From an uncultured candidate division Zixibacteria bacterium (lineage in GTDB: Bacteria > Zixibacteria > MSB-5A5 > GN15 > PGXB01), in NCBI GenBank assembly GCA_963702205.1, contig OY969724.1, positions 160,001 through 224,000 of the forward strand: a DNA stretch of 64,000 nt, written 5' to 3'. The notes beneath the pieces are model-generated. The model ran no database searches. It saw only the letters and a list, made by a program, of their open reading frames with translations, and was not told the DNA's origin. Position 1 is the first letter of the stretch; each line of letters starts with the position of its first letter. The position numbers and the translations under genes are program-made. Positions 21,255-31,658 of the stretch are shown here, one piece after another.

Positions 21255-22033
21255 GGTTCCGCCCGCTTTCTCTCCTGGGCGACGAACTCGAACGGCTCCA
21301 CCGAGTACCCGGCCAGGTCCTCGCGCCGGAACACCACGAGGCTCATGGGCGGGACCGGAAGTTCCCTCCAGCCCTTTTCCTCCGCCAGCACGGCGTCGAG
21401 GTATGCGGGGTCCGATGCGTAGAGGACCGCCTTGCGGCGGGGATTCCAGCGCAGTTCCAGCGGCCTGTTCCCCTTGAGCACGAAAATGGTGCCCGGATCG
21501 GTCCGGCAGGCGATAACGGCGGTGATCTGCCCACGGCAGCGCCGGAGCCGGGCTTTGAACCGCTCGATATCCATGGCCCCGTCCCGTGCGGCGTTCGCGG
21601 CCAGGCGGAACAGAATCTCGCTGTCCACCTCGGCGAAGCGCCGCATCTTCCAGCGGCGGAACAGGTAATCGGCGTTGTAGATGGTGCCGTTGTGGGTGCC
21701 GATCACCTCCCCGGCGCGGATCGGGTGGTTGTTGCTGTTGACCCGCTCGTCCCCGCGGGTGCGCCAACGGGTGTGACCGAGCAGGAGCGTGGCGCGGTTG
21801 TCCATGGAGGCAAGGAGTTCGGCGAAGGCTTTGTCCATCACGAACCGCTCGGCCGTCACCGGACGTTTGAAGAGACGGTGGCATCCGTCGATATCGAGCC
21901 ATGCCGCGCCGGTGGCATGGGGACCACGCTCCTCGCTCAGCAGCAGCAGGCGGGTGAAGAGCCAGGCGAGGTGCTCCCGCTCCTCGGCGCGCCGCCGCTT
22001 TTTTCCGAAGATGACGCCCGCGAGCCCGCACAT
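21251..22033 (-). CDS. Class II (Ntn) glutamine amidotransferase
   Basis: True start MCGLAG (Cys2 nucleophile), ERGPHATG, GHTRW.T.G, NNHP, HNG.I.N, VDSE, YAS. Confidence 0.9.
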   Translation of the reverse strand: MCGLAGVIFGKKRRRAEEREHLAWLFTRLLLLSEERGPHATGAAWLDIDGCHRLFKRPVTAERFVMDKAFAELLASMDNRATLLLGHTRWRTRGDERVNSNNHPIRAGEVIGTHNGTIYNADYLFRRWKMRRFAEVDSEILFRLAANAARDGAMDIERFKARLRRCRGQITAVIACRTDPGTIFVLKGNRPLELRWNPRRKAVLYASDPAYLDAVLAEEKGWRELPVPPMSLVVFRREDLAGYSVEPFEFVAQERKRAEP

Positions 22034-22533
22034 CAGGGTTTCCCTCCCTGCGGGTCGACGATGAAACCGCGGAAGACGCCCTCGGCATATTCCTTCGGGT
22101 GCTCCTCGATCCAGCGCGCGGCATCGGGATATCCGAGCTCTCCGGCCAGCCGGGCGACGACCGGCCGGTCGAGCATGTTGGTCAGCCCCGAGAGCCGGAC
22201 CGCGTCGATGCCCTGCCAGACCAGGGCGGAGATCGGTATCCGGGCGGGTTTGTCGTCCTGCACCTCGGCAAGACCGTGTTTGATCAGCGCATCGAGGAAA
22301 GATGCGGCCTTTTCCTCGGGCGTGTCGCCCCGGACCGCCAGCTCGACACCGGACAGCATCTTGGCGTTGCGCAGGACCATGTCGATGTAGTCCTCGAGGT
22401 CCCGCTGGTCGGAAAAGAGCGTGGCCCCTTTCATGGCGTGGACCACGTCGGTCACCGTCTCCCCGGTGAAGACCTCGCCGTCTTCTTCCAGCGGTTGCCC
22501 ATTGAGGGCGGTGTTTCGGATCAGCACTCTCAT
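22033..22533 (-). CDS. Hypothetical protein with C-terminal DUF5049-like domain
   Basis: [15 protein letters not shown]...V..LA...GY; overlaps both neighbouring genes. Confidence 0.7.
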   Translation of the reverse strand: MRVLIRNTALNGQPLEEDGEVFTGETVTDVVHAMKGATLFSDQRDLEDYIDMVLRNAKMLSGVELAVRGDTPEEKAASFLDALIKHGLAEVQDDKPARIPISALVWQGIDAVRLSGLTNMLDRPVVARLAGELGYPDAARWIEEHPKEYAEGVFRGFIVDPQGGKP

Positions 22534-23525
22534 GACGCACCTCCTTGCGTCCCGCCGGTTTCGCCCCCCGAAAACGCCGGAGGCCGGGTTTCGGGCCCGG
22601 CCTCCGTGAGGGGTTCCGCCTTGGGGGCGGTTTGTTCGTCTGGTTTTACTCTGCCGCGTTTGAAGGCCGAGTCCCCCGGTAAGGCGGCGATCAGATGCTT
22701 GCGCGCGGTCTTGAACTCGTCCCCGATCAGCCCCAGGTGGAGCAGGAAGACCCGGAAGTCGTACCGGGCGCTCTGAGGATCGAAGGACCGCTTGCGGCTC
22801 GAGGCGGCCCGGCCGTTGAGCGCCTTGGCCGCCACGGCCAGGACCAGTTGGATGTAGGCTTTCACCTTGCCCGCGTGGAGCGTCCCCTCGAACCAGCGGA
22901 ACTCGACCGTGCCGCGGTACCAGACGTTGTGCAGATTCACCCCGTGGTAGCGGGTGCTGTCGTAGTGCTGGGGCTGTCGGTTGTGGTAGCCGTACCAGAT
23001 GTGGTTGAGCTGGTCCCTGGTCCTGGGACGACGGCGTTCGATCTGGGCGATGAGGTCGTCGCTCACCGGCTTGCTGTAGCTCCGGCGGCGGGTCTCGTTC
23101 ACGCCCAGGGCGGTGAGGATGAGAGCTTCCTGTTTGTAGACGATCTTGGCGAGGTTCGCGAGGGTCCGGCCGTCAAAGGCTGTGGCGTCGACGTGGACGT
23201 GGATGCCGCAACGGTCGTCCACCTTGGCCCCGCAGGCCCGCAGCGCCCGGACGACTTCCTGGAGGATGGGGATGTCCTCGTAAGACAGGACGGGGCTCAC
23301 CACCTCGGCCCGCAGGTGGACCGGCACATTGATGAGCGAGCCGTCGGATACCACCTTCCAGACCCGGCCGCGGTTGTCGGTGACCTCCCAAGGGTCGAAG
23401 CTCCCCGGACTGCCGATGTGGCGGATCTGGCCGCCCACCACCGAGTGGATCGCCTGGGCGACCCGCTCGCGCGTCCGTTTGACCGTCTCGATCTCGATTC
23501 CGAAATTGATCAGGCGTAAGTCCAT
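22530..23525 (-). CDS. Putative amidoligase (Amidoligase_2, glutamine-synthetase-like fold)
   Basis: [41 protein letters not shown]. Confidence 0.9.
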   Translation of the reverse strand: MDLRLINFGIEIETVKRTRERVAQAIHSVVGGQIRHIGSPGSFDPWEVTDNRGRVWKVVSDGSLINVPVHLRAEVVSPVLSYEDIPILQEVVRALRACGAKVDDRCGIHVHVDATAFDGRTLANLAKIVYKQEALILTALGVNETRRRSYSKPVSDDLIAQIERRRPRTRDQLNHIWYGYHNRQPQHYDSTRYHGVNLHNVWYRGTVEFRWFEGTLHAGKVKAYIQLVLAVAAKALNGRAASSRKRSFDPQSARYDFRVFLLHLGLIGDEFKTARKHLIAALPGDSAFKRGRVKPDEQTAPKAEPLTEAGPETRPPAFSGGETGGTQGGAS

Positions 23526-23738
23526 GGTCTCTCCTTGCGTTCTGTAAGCCCTTTCCCGGCAAGGGATTGGCCCTTGTGTTCACACACATACAGGCTTCTT
23601 TCCGAACAGAAAGCAAGGCGATTTCGACGTATAACTCCTTTGATTCCAATGTGTTATGTACATGGAGCGATAACCCGCGGGAACACGCGGGGTTGCGGGG
23701 TTCCCTGGCGTCCAAAGAAGAATGAGGTGTTCCGGGGA

Positions 23739-25053
23739 TCAGGTCTGCTTCCAGATCGTCCCGGTGTGTTTCTCCCACTTTCCGCCGCCCGCGAGGTCGG
23801 TGTTGAACCATTCGTCGCCCATGGATGGAGCAGGGATGGCGGCGTCGCGCTCGGCCTGTGTGCCGATGCCACGGCGGACAGCTTCCCGCGAGGTGAGCCC
23901 CTGGCTGAGCCGGTCCGGCCCGAGCAGGTCACGCCATCCGAGGGCCGATGCCCGCAGACGGGAAACGAAGGTCCGGTAGGCGGTGGCGTCCTTGGCCGCC
24001 CGGTAAAGGAGCAGTGAGTCGTCGGCGTCCCGGACCAGGCTCGGCGTGTAGCAGCGTTCGAGAAACGGACCGCTGCCGTTTTTGAACACTGGGTTGATCT
24101 CGGCCTTGCGCCAGTGGACGCGATCCCAGGACCATGCGTAGCCGATTCCGGCGTTGCCCGCGGAACCGCCCGGAGTAGAGCATCCACCATCGCCCATCGC
24201 CGAGCCGCTCGACGTGAGCGGCGGACACATAGCCGTTCGCGCCTTCCCAAGGCTGCGGTTCGATCAGGCCGGAAAGGACAGGGCCATTCCCGAACAGCTT
24301 CCATTCGACCGCATCGTCGGAGTAGGCCAGACCGAGGCTGTCGTTGCCGCCGGTCGAAGCGATGAAATACATGGCGTAGCGCCAGGTGAAAGGTCTCCCT
24401 TCGACCGAGGTGGGCAGCGGGTTGTACCAGAGGAAGGACGGCCCGTAATGGCCCCGGTTCCAGACCTGGACGCTTCCCTCGGTGACCAGGTCGCCGGAAC
24501 ACGGGGTATCGCCCGTGAACGCGGCGGGATCGACCGACGGATCGCAAACCGCGGTTCGCAGCCCGGCCATGGCGTAGGGTTGATTCGGAACATCCGGGTT
24601 CCAGTAGAGAATGCGCAACCGGCCAGCGGTCTCCAGCGCACAAACCACGTGATAGCCGTTGGCCACGATCCCGACGACCTTCTTTTCCGTGTCCCAGGCG
24701 AAGCCGTCGTCGGAGAAGGCGCAAGTCATACCCGCGCCGTCGCCGTAATAGGCGATGAAGTTTCGGGCGCGGGTTCCATCATGGAAACCATCCACTGCCC
24801 GAAGGACCCTGACATAGTAAGCGCGCCCGGCCGTAAGGGGCAGGACGTGCGGGTAGCGGTGGTCGAAGACGACCGGCGGAAGCCCCTCGGGCGGTTCCGC
24901 TCCGGAGGGGACCAGCAGCAGGCCGAGGTCCACGGCGCGGAGCAGGTCCGGGGTCATCGCTGGAACGACCGCGCTCTTACCCGGTCCGAGGGTTCCGGTG
25001 AACCCCGGTAGTTCCAGAATCGTATCGGTGTTGCTCTTGATGTTGATGCTCAT
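23739..25053 (-). CDS. Five-bladed beta-propeller glycosidase-like protein (GH32/43/130-like), frameshift near 24170
   Basis: Blade motifs AFSDDG..W, LGLAYSDD..EW....GPV, WWMLYSG, then IGYAWS.D..HW.K...NPVF and YTPSLV in ORF 23739..24230. Confidence 0.65.
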
Positions 25054-25355
25054 AGTTGGTTCCTCCCGGCCTGCGCCGCAAGCGCAGCGGCGGACAGGTC
25101 TTCATGTAGGTATCCGGCGTCCATCAGTTCCCGGTTGATCCGCCCGGCTTCGATCTCCTCCCGCCTGATGCGGGCCATGAGTCCCGCGAACGCCTCGGCG
25201 GCGTCCGTGGAGATGCCGTGTCGCTCCTCGATGCGCCGCATGCGGGCGTCGAGGTTGGCGAGCAGTTGGAGGGCGTGATCCCGCAGGACGCCTTCGCGCT
25301 TTTCCTGTGGTGATGGAATGAACTCGGTCAATCCGCCTTGTCTGCGAACGATCAT
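25050..25355 (-). CDS. Hypothetical phage protein
   Basis: 101-aa ORF with GGAGG RBS, overlapping the next start. Confidence 0.7.
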   Translation of the reverse strand: MIVRRQGGLTEFIPSPQEKREGVLRDHALQLLANLDARMRRIEERHGISTDAAEAFAGLMARIRREEIEAGRINRELMDAGYLHEDLSAAALAAQAGRNQL

Positions 25356-25368
25356 GGCATCCCTCCGA

Positions 25369-28300
25369 TCAGCTCAACGTCGCGCCGAGGGTGTGAATCC
25401 TCGGGTACACCAGGTTGTTGCCGGTCATCTCCGCCTTGTAGCGGACCTTGTTTCCGTTCGGATCGGTGAAGGTTCTGGTGAGCGTGTACTCAGTCCACTC
25501 CTGATCGATCTCCCGCGTCGTCTGGATCGACATCGGTTCCCAGGTCGCTCCACCGTTGTTGGAGGCGAACCAATTGATGGTGGTCCCGCTGGGGATGTTC
25601 ATCTGGGTGTAGAGCTTGGTGGAGGAAACGCCCTGGGTGAGCTCGTTCTCGCGGTTCAGGTATGCACCCGTCGTGTTGTTGAGATACCCGATGAGGTTCA
25701 CGTCCTTGAAAATCAACGCCGGAGAGTTGTTGACGGCGTTGCTGGAGAACAGGGCCCGGACGAGTACCTGACTCGCCAGGTTGGGCAGTCGCTCCTCCTC
25801 CGCGGGGACGATGGCGTCCCAGATGACACCGCCGTCGGTGGAATATTCCCAAGCGATGCCGGTGCCTTCAGGGGCAGAGGAATATTCGTCCAGGTTCAAA
25901 TCGCTGAACTGCACCCCGGTGATGGGCTGGAAGCGCACCTCACCATCGGACTGGAAGTCGTAGCCGTAGATTCTCATGGTGAGATCGGAGCTGTTGAGCG
26001 GTGTCCAGGTCTCGGCGTTGGAGCTTTCCAGCAGCACGCCGGCGACATAGGTCTGCCGGGTGATCACGCCGTTCTGACCCAGTTGACCCAGGGTGGCGAT
26101 GCGCACGCGGTAGTTGGTGCTGTTGGTAAGCAGCACCACCGCATAGCTGGTTCCGGCTTGGGCGTAGAGGGGATTGGCGAAGACGACCTTGGTCTCTGCG
26201 TTCAGGCTGATGTCGCCCGGGGCCAGAACCTTTTCCGCGAAAATCACGCCGTTGGGCAGACCCGTGGTGACGCCGCGAATCTGGACCGTGACGGGGATGG
26301 ACGGGTCCTTGGCGGTGACGTACAGCCCCACGCTGGAGACCACCTTGTCTTGGGTGAAGCTGAAGGTCTGGGCCAGAGGATCGCTGCGCACGGTGACAAT
26401 CTGAGTGCGCCAGACCACCTGCACCACGGGCACGCGGATGATGCGCTCCTCGACGATGCGCTCGATGCGGGTGATGACCATCGGGTCGTTGATCTGCAGG
26501 CTGGCTCGGGCTGAGTAGAGTCCGTCATTCATTTCCACGATGCGGTTGCCGTTGCGAGTGTTCTCCGGGATGACGAAGGATGCGCTCACGCGTCCCGCCG
26601 TATCCGCATGGACGCCCGATGCCACCACCTGGCCGTCGCAGCGGATGGTCACGTTGTTCGCGTTGGATTGAAAGTTGGACCCGACCACAGCGATCCCGGT
26701 CTGGCCGCGCCTGCCGATGTTCGGGGTGATCTCCACCGATGCGTCCGGTTTCTCGAACACGGCATAGGGATTGATGTTCTTGACCTCGGACCAGTCGGTC
26801 TGTTCGATGAGCACACGTTCCGTGGCCGGGAGAAGCGCGAGGCTGCCCTTGAACAATGCGTTGCTCGCGGAGGGATTCACCTCGAGCACGGCGGCCGAGG
26901 CGGCCCTGGCCGGTGCGGCGAAGCGGCGGACACGGTCGATGCGGGCGCTCCACTGGCTGTGGTAGATGTCGGACTGGGCATCGTTCGAGAAGTCGTCCGA
27001 ATAGACGCCCTTCTTGGTCTGGGCGTCCCGGTTCTGCAGCTCGTTATTCATTTGGAACTGGGCGTCGTTGTACTTGAGGTCCTCGACGTCCTTGATGATC
27101 TCGTGGATCTGGTCCATGGTGATGCGGGTCAGCCCGAAATTGAAGACCGTCAATTCCACCGAGTTCGGCGGACAATCGACGCTGCAAAGTCCGAGCGTAC
27201 CTTCCGGGACGATGGGCAGCTTCGGCCAGTCCGCCGGAGCGCCTTCCAGCCGTTTGATCTCGCGGGTGGTGGCATAGATGATGTCCTTGCGTCCGATGTA
27301 GTAGTCGTAGTCGATGCTGCAGTTGGAGCCGGCCACCGGCTCGTCGCCGATGTTGGTGCGGCCGAAGTTGATAATGGAAAGGTTGCCGGGTTCGACCTGC
27401 ACCGGGGACATGGTCAGGCCGCTCGTGTTGGAAGCTGGAGGGTTGCCGCCCACGATCTGGTCCACGCCGTCGTCGGTGTAGGATGTAACCCCGGCGGCCA
27501 CGTCCTTGAGCCGCTGGAAGTCCGCGCGGACCGTATTCTGCGTGCCGCGATAGATGCGGTACCCGGTCGCTCCACTGACCGGCAGCCAGGAGAGGCGGTT
27601 GATTTCCCCGGTCAGCGTATCGCGCGAAACGACTTTGGCGGAATCGTACTGAGTCTCGCCGGTGGCGCTCTGAACGGTGATCAGGTAGAAGAACTCGTCC
27701 GCCGCCGGATGGCCTGAGCGTCCGAACCAGCCTCCGTCCACATAGTCCGTCCCCTCGATCATCTGCTTGGTGTAGGTCCAGCGGACGGTGTAGGTGGTGC
27801 CGATGGCGGGTTCGTTGCCCGACCCCAGCCAGTCCACATAGTTGCCGGATTGCTGCCAGTCCGCGCCTTCCTGGAAGACCGTCGCTCCCTGGCTCACCTC
27901 GATGATATCCACCACCGGGTTGGGGACGAGCAGGTCCTCGCCGCCGCCCACCGACCCGCGGGTGATGTTGGAGACGATCTCGACGATGCCCTCGACCTGT
28001 GTGGTTTCCTTTAGGGGCGTGTTGTTGAGCGCATAGCGCCGGGTGCCGACCACGTAGGTCTTCTGTTCGCCGCGGACCGACTTGACGGCCGTGGACTTGG
28101 GCACCAGGGTCGTGGTGGGCATGTCTTTCTGCAGGCGGAAGCCTTGGATGTAAGCGCGGCCCGCGTTGGTGATCACCTCGACGTTCTCGCCGTCGTTGTC
28201 GCCGATGAAGCTGTCGAGTCCCTTGACCAGATAACTGCCGGCCTGGTCGTAAGTCCGCTCTGCCAGGTTCTGGAGAAGCGAGTTCAGCCCCTCGGCTGCA

Positions 28301-28917
28301 GCGAAGGCGAGCTGGTCCTCGGTGATCGACGCCACGGTGATGCGGCTTCCCGGCAGCGTCCCGAGCAGGTCCTGGAGGTAGAGATTCGACTTCTCGCGGA
28401 CGGTCGCCGTCACATCGCCGGTCTCGCGGTCGAACTTGTGGACCGCGACCACCTTGCGCTGGGTCACATTGTTGGGCAAGGCCTCTCCGCTCGTGTCATG
28501 ATTCTTGAGCGACAGAATCCACTTCTCCCGCTCCGCGGTGGGTTCGCCCGTTGCGGGGTTGATGAGCACGGCGTCCTGGTTGTAGCCGTAGTTGTACTTG
28601 AGCAGCTCGACGTAGACGTAATCCGCACCGCTCGTCTTGGCCGGGTCGTAGGTAAGCACCGCGCCGGGCACGCGCTCCAGGCAGCCGTCGATGTAGACCA
28701 GCCCCTCGGCTACGGTGAGCACGTTTGCCGCGACCGTCACGCCGAAGCCGCTGACGATGGCCCCCTCCTTGAAGAGGATGTCCGCGAGCTTCCTGCGCTC
28801 CTGGTTGATAATGTCCTGCTGCTCGTTGAGCTCCGAGTCGAGCAGATCCCGGTCCTGGTGGTAACGGACCCGCTTGTAGTTTTTTGTCGGGTCGAACGTA
28901 TCGCGCGAAATGGACAT
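25369..28917 (-). CDS. Large tail/baseplate structural protein (DUF4815-like) with FN3-like module
   Basis: FDP.KNY.RV....R.L...ELNE.Q start, ERTYD..GSY.V.G, D.F, DPLAQTF, LSW.PV.GA.GY.IYRG. Confidence 0.8.
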   Translation of the reverse strand: MSISRDTFDPTKNYKRVRYHQDRDLLDSELNEQQDIINQERRKLADILFKEGAIVSGFGVTVAANVLTVAEGLVYIDGCLERVPGAVLTYDPAKTSGADYVYVELLKYNYGYNQDAVLINPATGEPTAEREKWILSLKNHDTSGEALPNNVTQRKVVAVHKFDRETGDVTATVREKSNLYLQDLLGTLPGSRITVASITEDQLAFAAAEGLNSLLQNLAERTYDQAGSYLVKGLDSFIGDNDGENVEVITNAGRAYIQGFRLQKDMPTTTLVPKSTAVKSVRGEQKTYVVGTRRYALNNTPLKETTQVEGIVEIVSNITRGSVGGGEDLLVPNPVVDIIEVSQGATVFQEGADWQQSGNYVDWLGSGNEPAIGTTYTVRWTYTKQMIEGTDYVDGGWFGRSGHPAADEFFYLITVQSATGETQYDSAKVVSRDTLTGEINRLSWLPVSGATGYRIYRGTQNTVRADFQRLKDVAAGVTSYTDDGVDQIVGGNPPASNTSGLTMSPVQVEPGNLSIINFGRTNIGDEPVAGSNCSIDYDYYIGRKDIIYATTREIKRLEGAPADWPKLPIVPEGTLGLCSVDCPPNSVELTVFNFGLTRITMDQIHEIIKDVEDLKYNDAQFQMNNELQNRDAQTKKGVYSDDFSNDAQSDIYHSQWSARIDRVRRFAAPARAASAAVLEVNPSASNALFKGSLALLPATERVLIEQTDWSEVKNINPYAVFEKPDASVEITPNIGRRGQTGIAVVGSNFQSNANNVTIRCDGQVVASGVHADTAGRVSASFVIPENTRNGNRIVEMNDGLYSARASLQINDPMVITRIERIVEERIIRVPVVQVVWRTQIVTVRSDPLAQTFSFTQDKVVSSVGLYVTAKDPSIPVTVQIRGVTTGLPNGVIFAEKVLAPGDISLNAETKVVFANPLYAQAGTSYAVVLLTNSTNYRVRIATLGQLGQNGVITRQTYVAGVLLESSNAETWTPLNSSDLTMRIYGYDFQSDGEVRFQPITGVQFSDLNLDEYSSAPEGTGIAWEYSTDGGVIWDAIVPAEEERLPNLASQVLVRALFSSNAVNNSPALIFKDVNLIGYLNNTTGAYLNRENELTQGVSSTKLYTQMNIPSGTTINWFASNNGGATWEPMSIQTTREIDQEWTEYTLTRTFTDPNGNKVRYKAEMTGNNLVYPRIHTLGATLS

Positions 28918-28928
28918 GGTCTTTCCTC

Positions 28929-29462
28929 CTAAATCTTGATGACCCCGACCAGCTCCACCCGCGTATCGGAGGTCTTGTTGAAGTCGGGGATGTTCTTCAC
29001 TTCGTACAGGTAGCCGGGATCGAGCACCTCGCCGGTCGGGTTGGTGTCGGGGTGGTAAGCCCCGTTCGCCGCATAATCGGACTGCAGTCCGGCGATGTAG
29101 GCCACGTCACCGCCGAAGAAGCCGTATTCCCGGATGGTGATGCCGTTGGCCTCGTTCTCCTCGAAGCGGAAGAAGACGCCGATGGTCTGGGTCTCCTCGG
29201 CGGTTTCGATGTAATGGATGCCGTTGACGATGAGCGTTCCTTCCGGGTCTTCTTTAAGAAAGGTCCGTTTGTAGTGCTTTTTGCGAGCCCGCTCATTCTT
29301 GAGCGTCGTTTGGTCGATGTCCGGCGCGGGCGGATTGATGGGATCGGTGAACGTGGCGTCACCGTCTCCGATGGCGCAATGGGTGATGCCTTCAATGGGG
29401 TCTCCCATGAGCAGCCGCGCGGTGAGGATGCGGCCCGTTTTGACGATGAGTCCAAGTGACAT
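28929..29462 (-). CDS. Tail collar/fibre-attachment-like protein
   Basis: ITHCAIGDG...L.NE.AR...EANG.TIREYG.F; position after baseplate genes. Confidence 0.65.
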   Translation of the reverse strand: MSLGLIVKTGRILTARLLMGDPIEGITHCAIGDGDATFTDPINPPAPDIDQTTLKNERARKKHYKRTFLKEDPEGTLIVNGIHYIETAEETQTIGVFFRFEENEANGITIREYGFFGGDVAYIAGLQSDYAANGAYHPDTNPTGEVLDPGYLYEVKNIPDFNKTSDTRVELVGVIKI

Positions 29463-29475
29463 TCGTATTCCTCCT

Positions 29476-29937
29476 TCAGGTCTGTATCGTGTGGCCTTCG
29501 CGGATCAGCACGGCGAAGACGATCTGGCGCGTGTCCGTTTGACCGGCCGTCTCGCGCACCACGAGTTGGGCCAAGTCGGCAGTCCGTTCGATCTCGGCGA
29601 AAACCACGAAACGGGTATCGCTGCGGCGCTCGATAGGTCGGTGAACTCGAACGGCCGCGTCGGAGAGGACGGCCGGGAAACGAACCACCCATCCGCGCAG
29701 GTCGAAGCTCCGCAGGATAAATCTCGCGACCACGGCCTGGATGTCGGCGTAGGCGTTCATCTCCGCCGTGATCCGCACGGCCGCATCCACTTCGCGCTGA
29801 ATGGTCCGCGTCATCGATGCCGCTCCGACGGCTTCGAAAATGACCGCCGGGAAGGCCGGCATCTGGGCGCGGTTCATCGGAACCACGGAGCCCGGGAAGG
29901 GCCGGACGGTGAGTATGTTTCCGCTACGGATTGCCAC
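29476..29937 (-). CDS. Hypothetical phage protein
   Basis: GTG start behind GGAGG; fits tight gene packing. Confidence 0.6.
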   Translation of the reverse strand: MAIRSGNILTVRPFPGSVVPMNRAQMPAFPAVIFEAVGAASMTRTIQREVDAAVRITAEMNAYADIQAVVARFILRSFDLRGWVVRFPAVLSDAAVRVHRPIERRSDTRFVVFAEIERTADLAQLVVRETAGQTDTRQIVFAVLIREGHTIQT

Positions 29938-30055
29938 GTCTCAGCCTCCCAGTGATTTTGTTCGCTTTGCCGGCATTCCGGATCACCCGGAACATCTGGG
30001 TCAGACGTCCGGGGTTCGCCGCAATCTCCTTCTTATTTCCAGGTTTCACCGCCAT
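29924..30055 (-). CDS. 43-aa basic hypothetical protein
   Basis: Hand translation MAVKPGNKKEIAANPGRLTQMFRVIRNAGKANKITGRLRRGNP*; AAGGAG upstream; fills the gap between neighbours. Confidence 0.55.
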   Translation of the reverse strand: MAVKPGNKKEIAANPGRLTQMFRVIRNAGKANKITGRLRRGNP

Positions 30056-30059
30056 GGGA

Positions 30060-31046
30060 TCACTCCTTCACCGCGCACCAGCCCGGACCGGACAGGTTGA
30101 AAATCTTGTAGGAGGCACCGTTTAACGTGAGCACGTCCTCCGAGTCGGCCGCACCGCTGCCGATGGCATAGACTTCGATCAACTCACCGCGCACTTCCTT
30201 GTATGCCGCAGTCGTGTGCGCGACGAGCCAGGGGAACATGGTGACCAGGCCGTAACGTTGGTCAGGATTGGCGGCGGTCTGGAAGTTGCCGTGGGCCGCG
30301 GCGCACGAACCGGCCTGTCCGGCTGCGCTCGCCCAGCCGTCGAACTTATTGATGGCGTAAAAACTGCCCGGAGACTGGTAGTGGCCGACCACGACCGGCT
30401 GCGGGTCTTCGCCGATCTTTGCTCCCACCGCGTAGGCGCTCACGAGGCTCGCCAGAGTGACCGTATCGGGGGTGGAAACCGTATCGACGGCGGATACCTG
30501 GACGCGCTCGATCCCGGCGTCGTCTTTGATGATGTAGTTCGAGCCCACCGTGAAAAAGGAGGCATCGTTGACCTGCACCGTGATGTCTGTGCCGGGTCCG
30601 GCCGCCGCCTGGGTGACCGCCACCGCCCCCGACCAGAAACGTTTGATCAGGCCGCTGTACTGCCCGTAGTAGGTGGCGACGATCTTGGTGACGATGAAGA
30701 CGTGATCCTTGTCGGCGTAAATCCAATACAGGAAAGCCGAAGCGTCCACGGTCTTGATGTATGTGTAACTGGTTTGAAACGCCTCCTTAACGCCCGCGTG
30801 CGTCACCGCGTCCCAGTACAGGTAGGCTCGGACCGCAATGCGGTCGGCCGCGGTGTCGTTGACGAAACGGATGAAAAGGTCTTCGGAACCGCTCTCTCCC
30901 GTGGAGGTCAGCACGTAGCTGGGCTCGGCGTCTCCGGACCTGTCGTCATGGAGAGACCATCCGACCGTTCCCACCAGAAAGTCCTTAAGCCGGACGAGGA
31001 AGTCGGCCGTGTTCGAAGCGGTCCCGGATATGTTGTTATAGGCCAT
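30060..31046 (-). CDS. Putative virion structural (fibre-associated) protein
   Basis: 328 aa, MAY...SGTA...D....L..FL....GW start, beta-rich; AGGAGG RBS. Confidence 0.7.
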   Translation of the reverse strand: MAYNNISGTASNTADFLVRLKDFLVGTVGWSLHDDRSGDAEPSYVLTSTGESGSEDLFIRFVNDTAADRIAVRAYLYWDAVTHAGVKEAFQTSYTYIKTVDASAFLYWIYADKDHVFIVTKIVATYYGQYSGLIKRFWSGAVAVTQAAAGPGTDITVQVNDASFFTVGSNYIIKDDAGIERVQVSAVDTVSTPDTVTLASLVSAYAVGAKIGEDPQPVVVGHYQSPGSFYAINKFDGWASAAGQAGSCAAAHGNFQTAANPDQRYGLVTMFPWLVAHTTAAYKEVRGELIEVYAIGSGAADSEDVLTLNGASYKIFNLSGPGWCAVKE

Positions 31047-31055
31047 ACGTTCCTC

Positions 31056-31649
31056 CTACAGGATCGGGTTTTCCGTGCCGGTGAGCCGGAGCTTGAGATC
31101 CGTCTTGTTCTGCACCGGCGTTCCGGGCGGCACAGTGCACCGACGCCAGAACGAAAGGGTCACATCGTGCGCCTTGTCGCCCAGGTTGAGCGGCGCGCCT
31201 TCGACGGCGGTATCGAGACCCGCCTGTGTCAAGGCCAATGCGTACCAGTCGGACTCGTCGCCGCCCGCAATGTCCACCGGCTCCACCACAAGCCCGGTGT
31301 AGTCATATCCGGAGAAGATCACGGTATCCGCATCGTGGGACGCCGGGGCAGTGCCGCCGTAGCCGCGCTCCACGGCAAGGACAGTCGTCCCGCCTCCGCT
31401 CAGGATGCGCATCTGCTCATCGTCGACGATGATGATCCCGCCGTCGGAAAATCGAGGCTCGCTGAGTTCCAAGGACGTTTCCCCCGAGGCCAAGGCCGCG
31501 GCCAGGGTGGTCTGTTCATTGGCAACGAACAGCTCCTTGTCCTTCGTTTCCCCGTCCGTTCCGTTGTAGGTGTCGTCGTCAGGGTTCGCGAGGTCGCCCT
31601 CCGAAAGCGGGAGGGTCAGTGCGTTATCTTCGTAAATATGTATCGCCAT
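31056..31649 (-). CDS. Putative virion structural protein
   Basis: 197 aa, acidic, II.VD.E.M...L.V.RG..GT.PASH module. Confidence 0.7.
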   Translation of the reverse strand: MAIHIYEDNALTLPLSEGDLANPDDDTYNGTDGETKDKELFVANEQTTLAAALASGETSLELSEPRFSDGGIIIVDDEQMRILSGGGTTVLAVERGYGGTAPASHDADTVIFSGYDYTGLVVEPVDIAGGDESDWYALALTQAGLDTAVEGAPLNLGDKAHDVTLSFWRRCTVPPGTPVQNKTDLKLRLTGTENPIL

Positions 31650-31658
31650 CGATCTCTC

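Noticed and set aside
20676..22540. ORF-track long versions 20676..22124 and 21251..22540 as large fusion proteins
   Set aside because: The upstream extensions overlap other real genes; true starts are 21254 and 22033 (MCG, needed for the Ntn nucleophile)
23672..23694. Rho-independent terminator after the tail operon
   Set aside because: A GC hairpin exists but there is no convincing U-tract on the minus strand
23739..31649. Diversity-generating retroelement or invertible fibre cassette
   Set aside because: No reverse transcriptase, invertase, template/variable repeat pair or inverted segment seen
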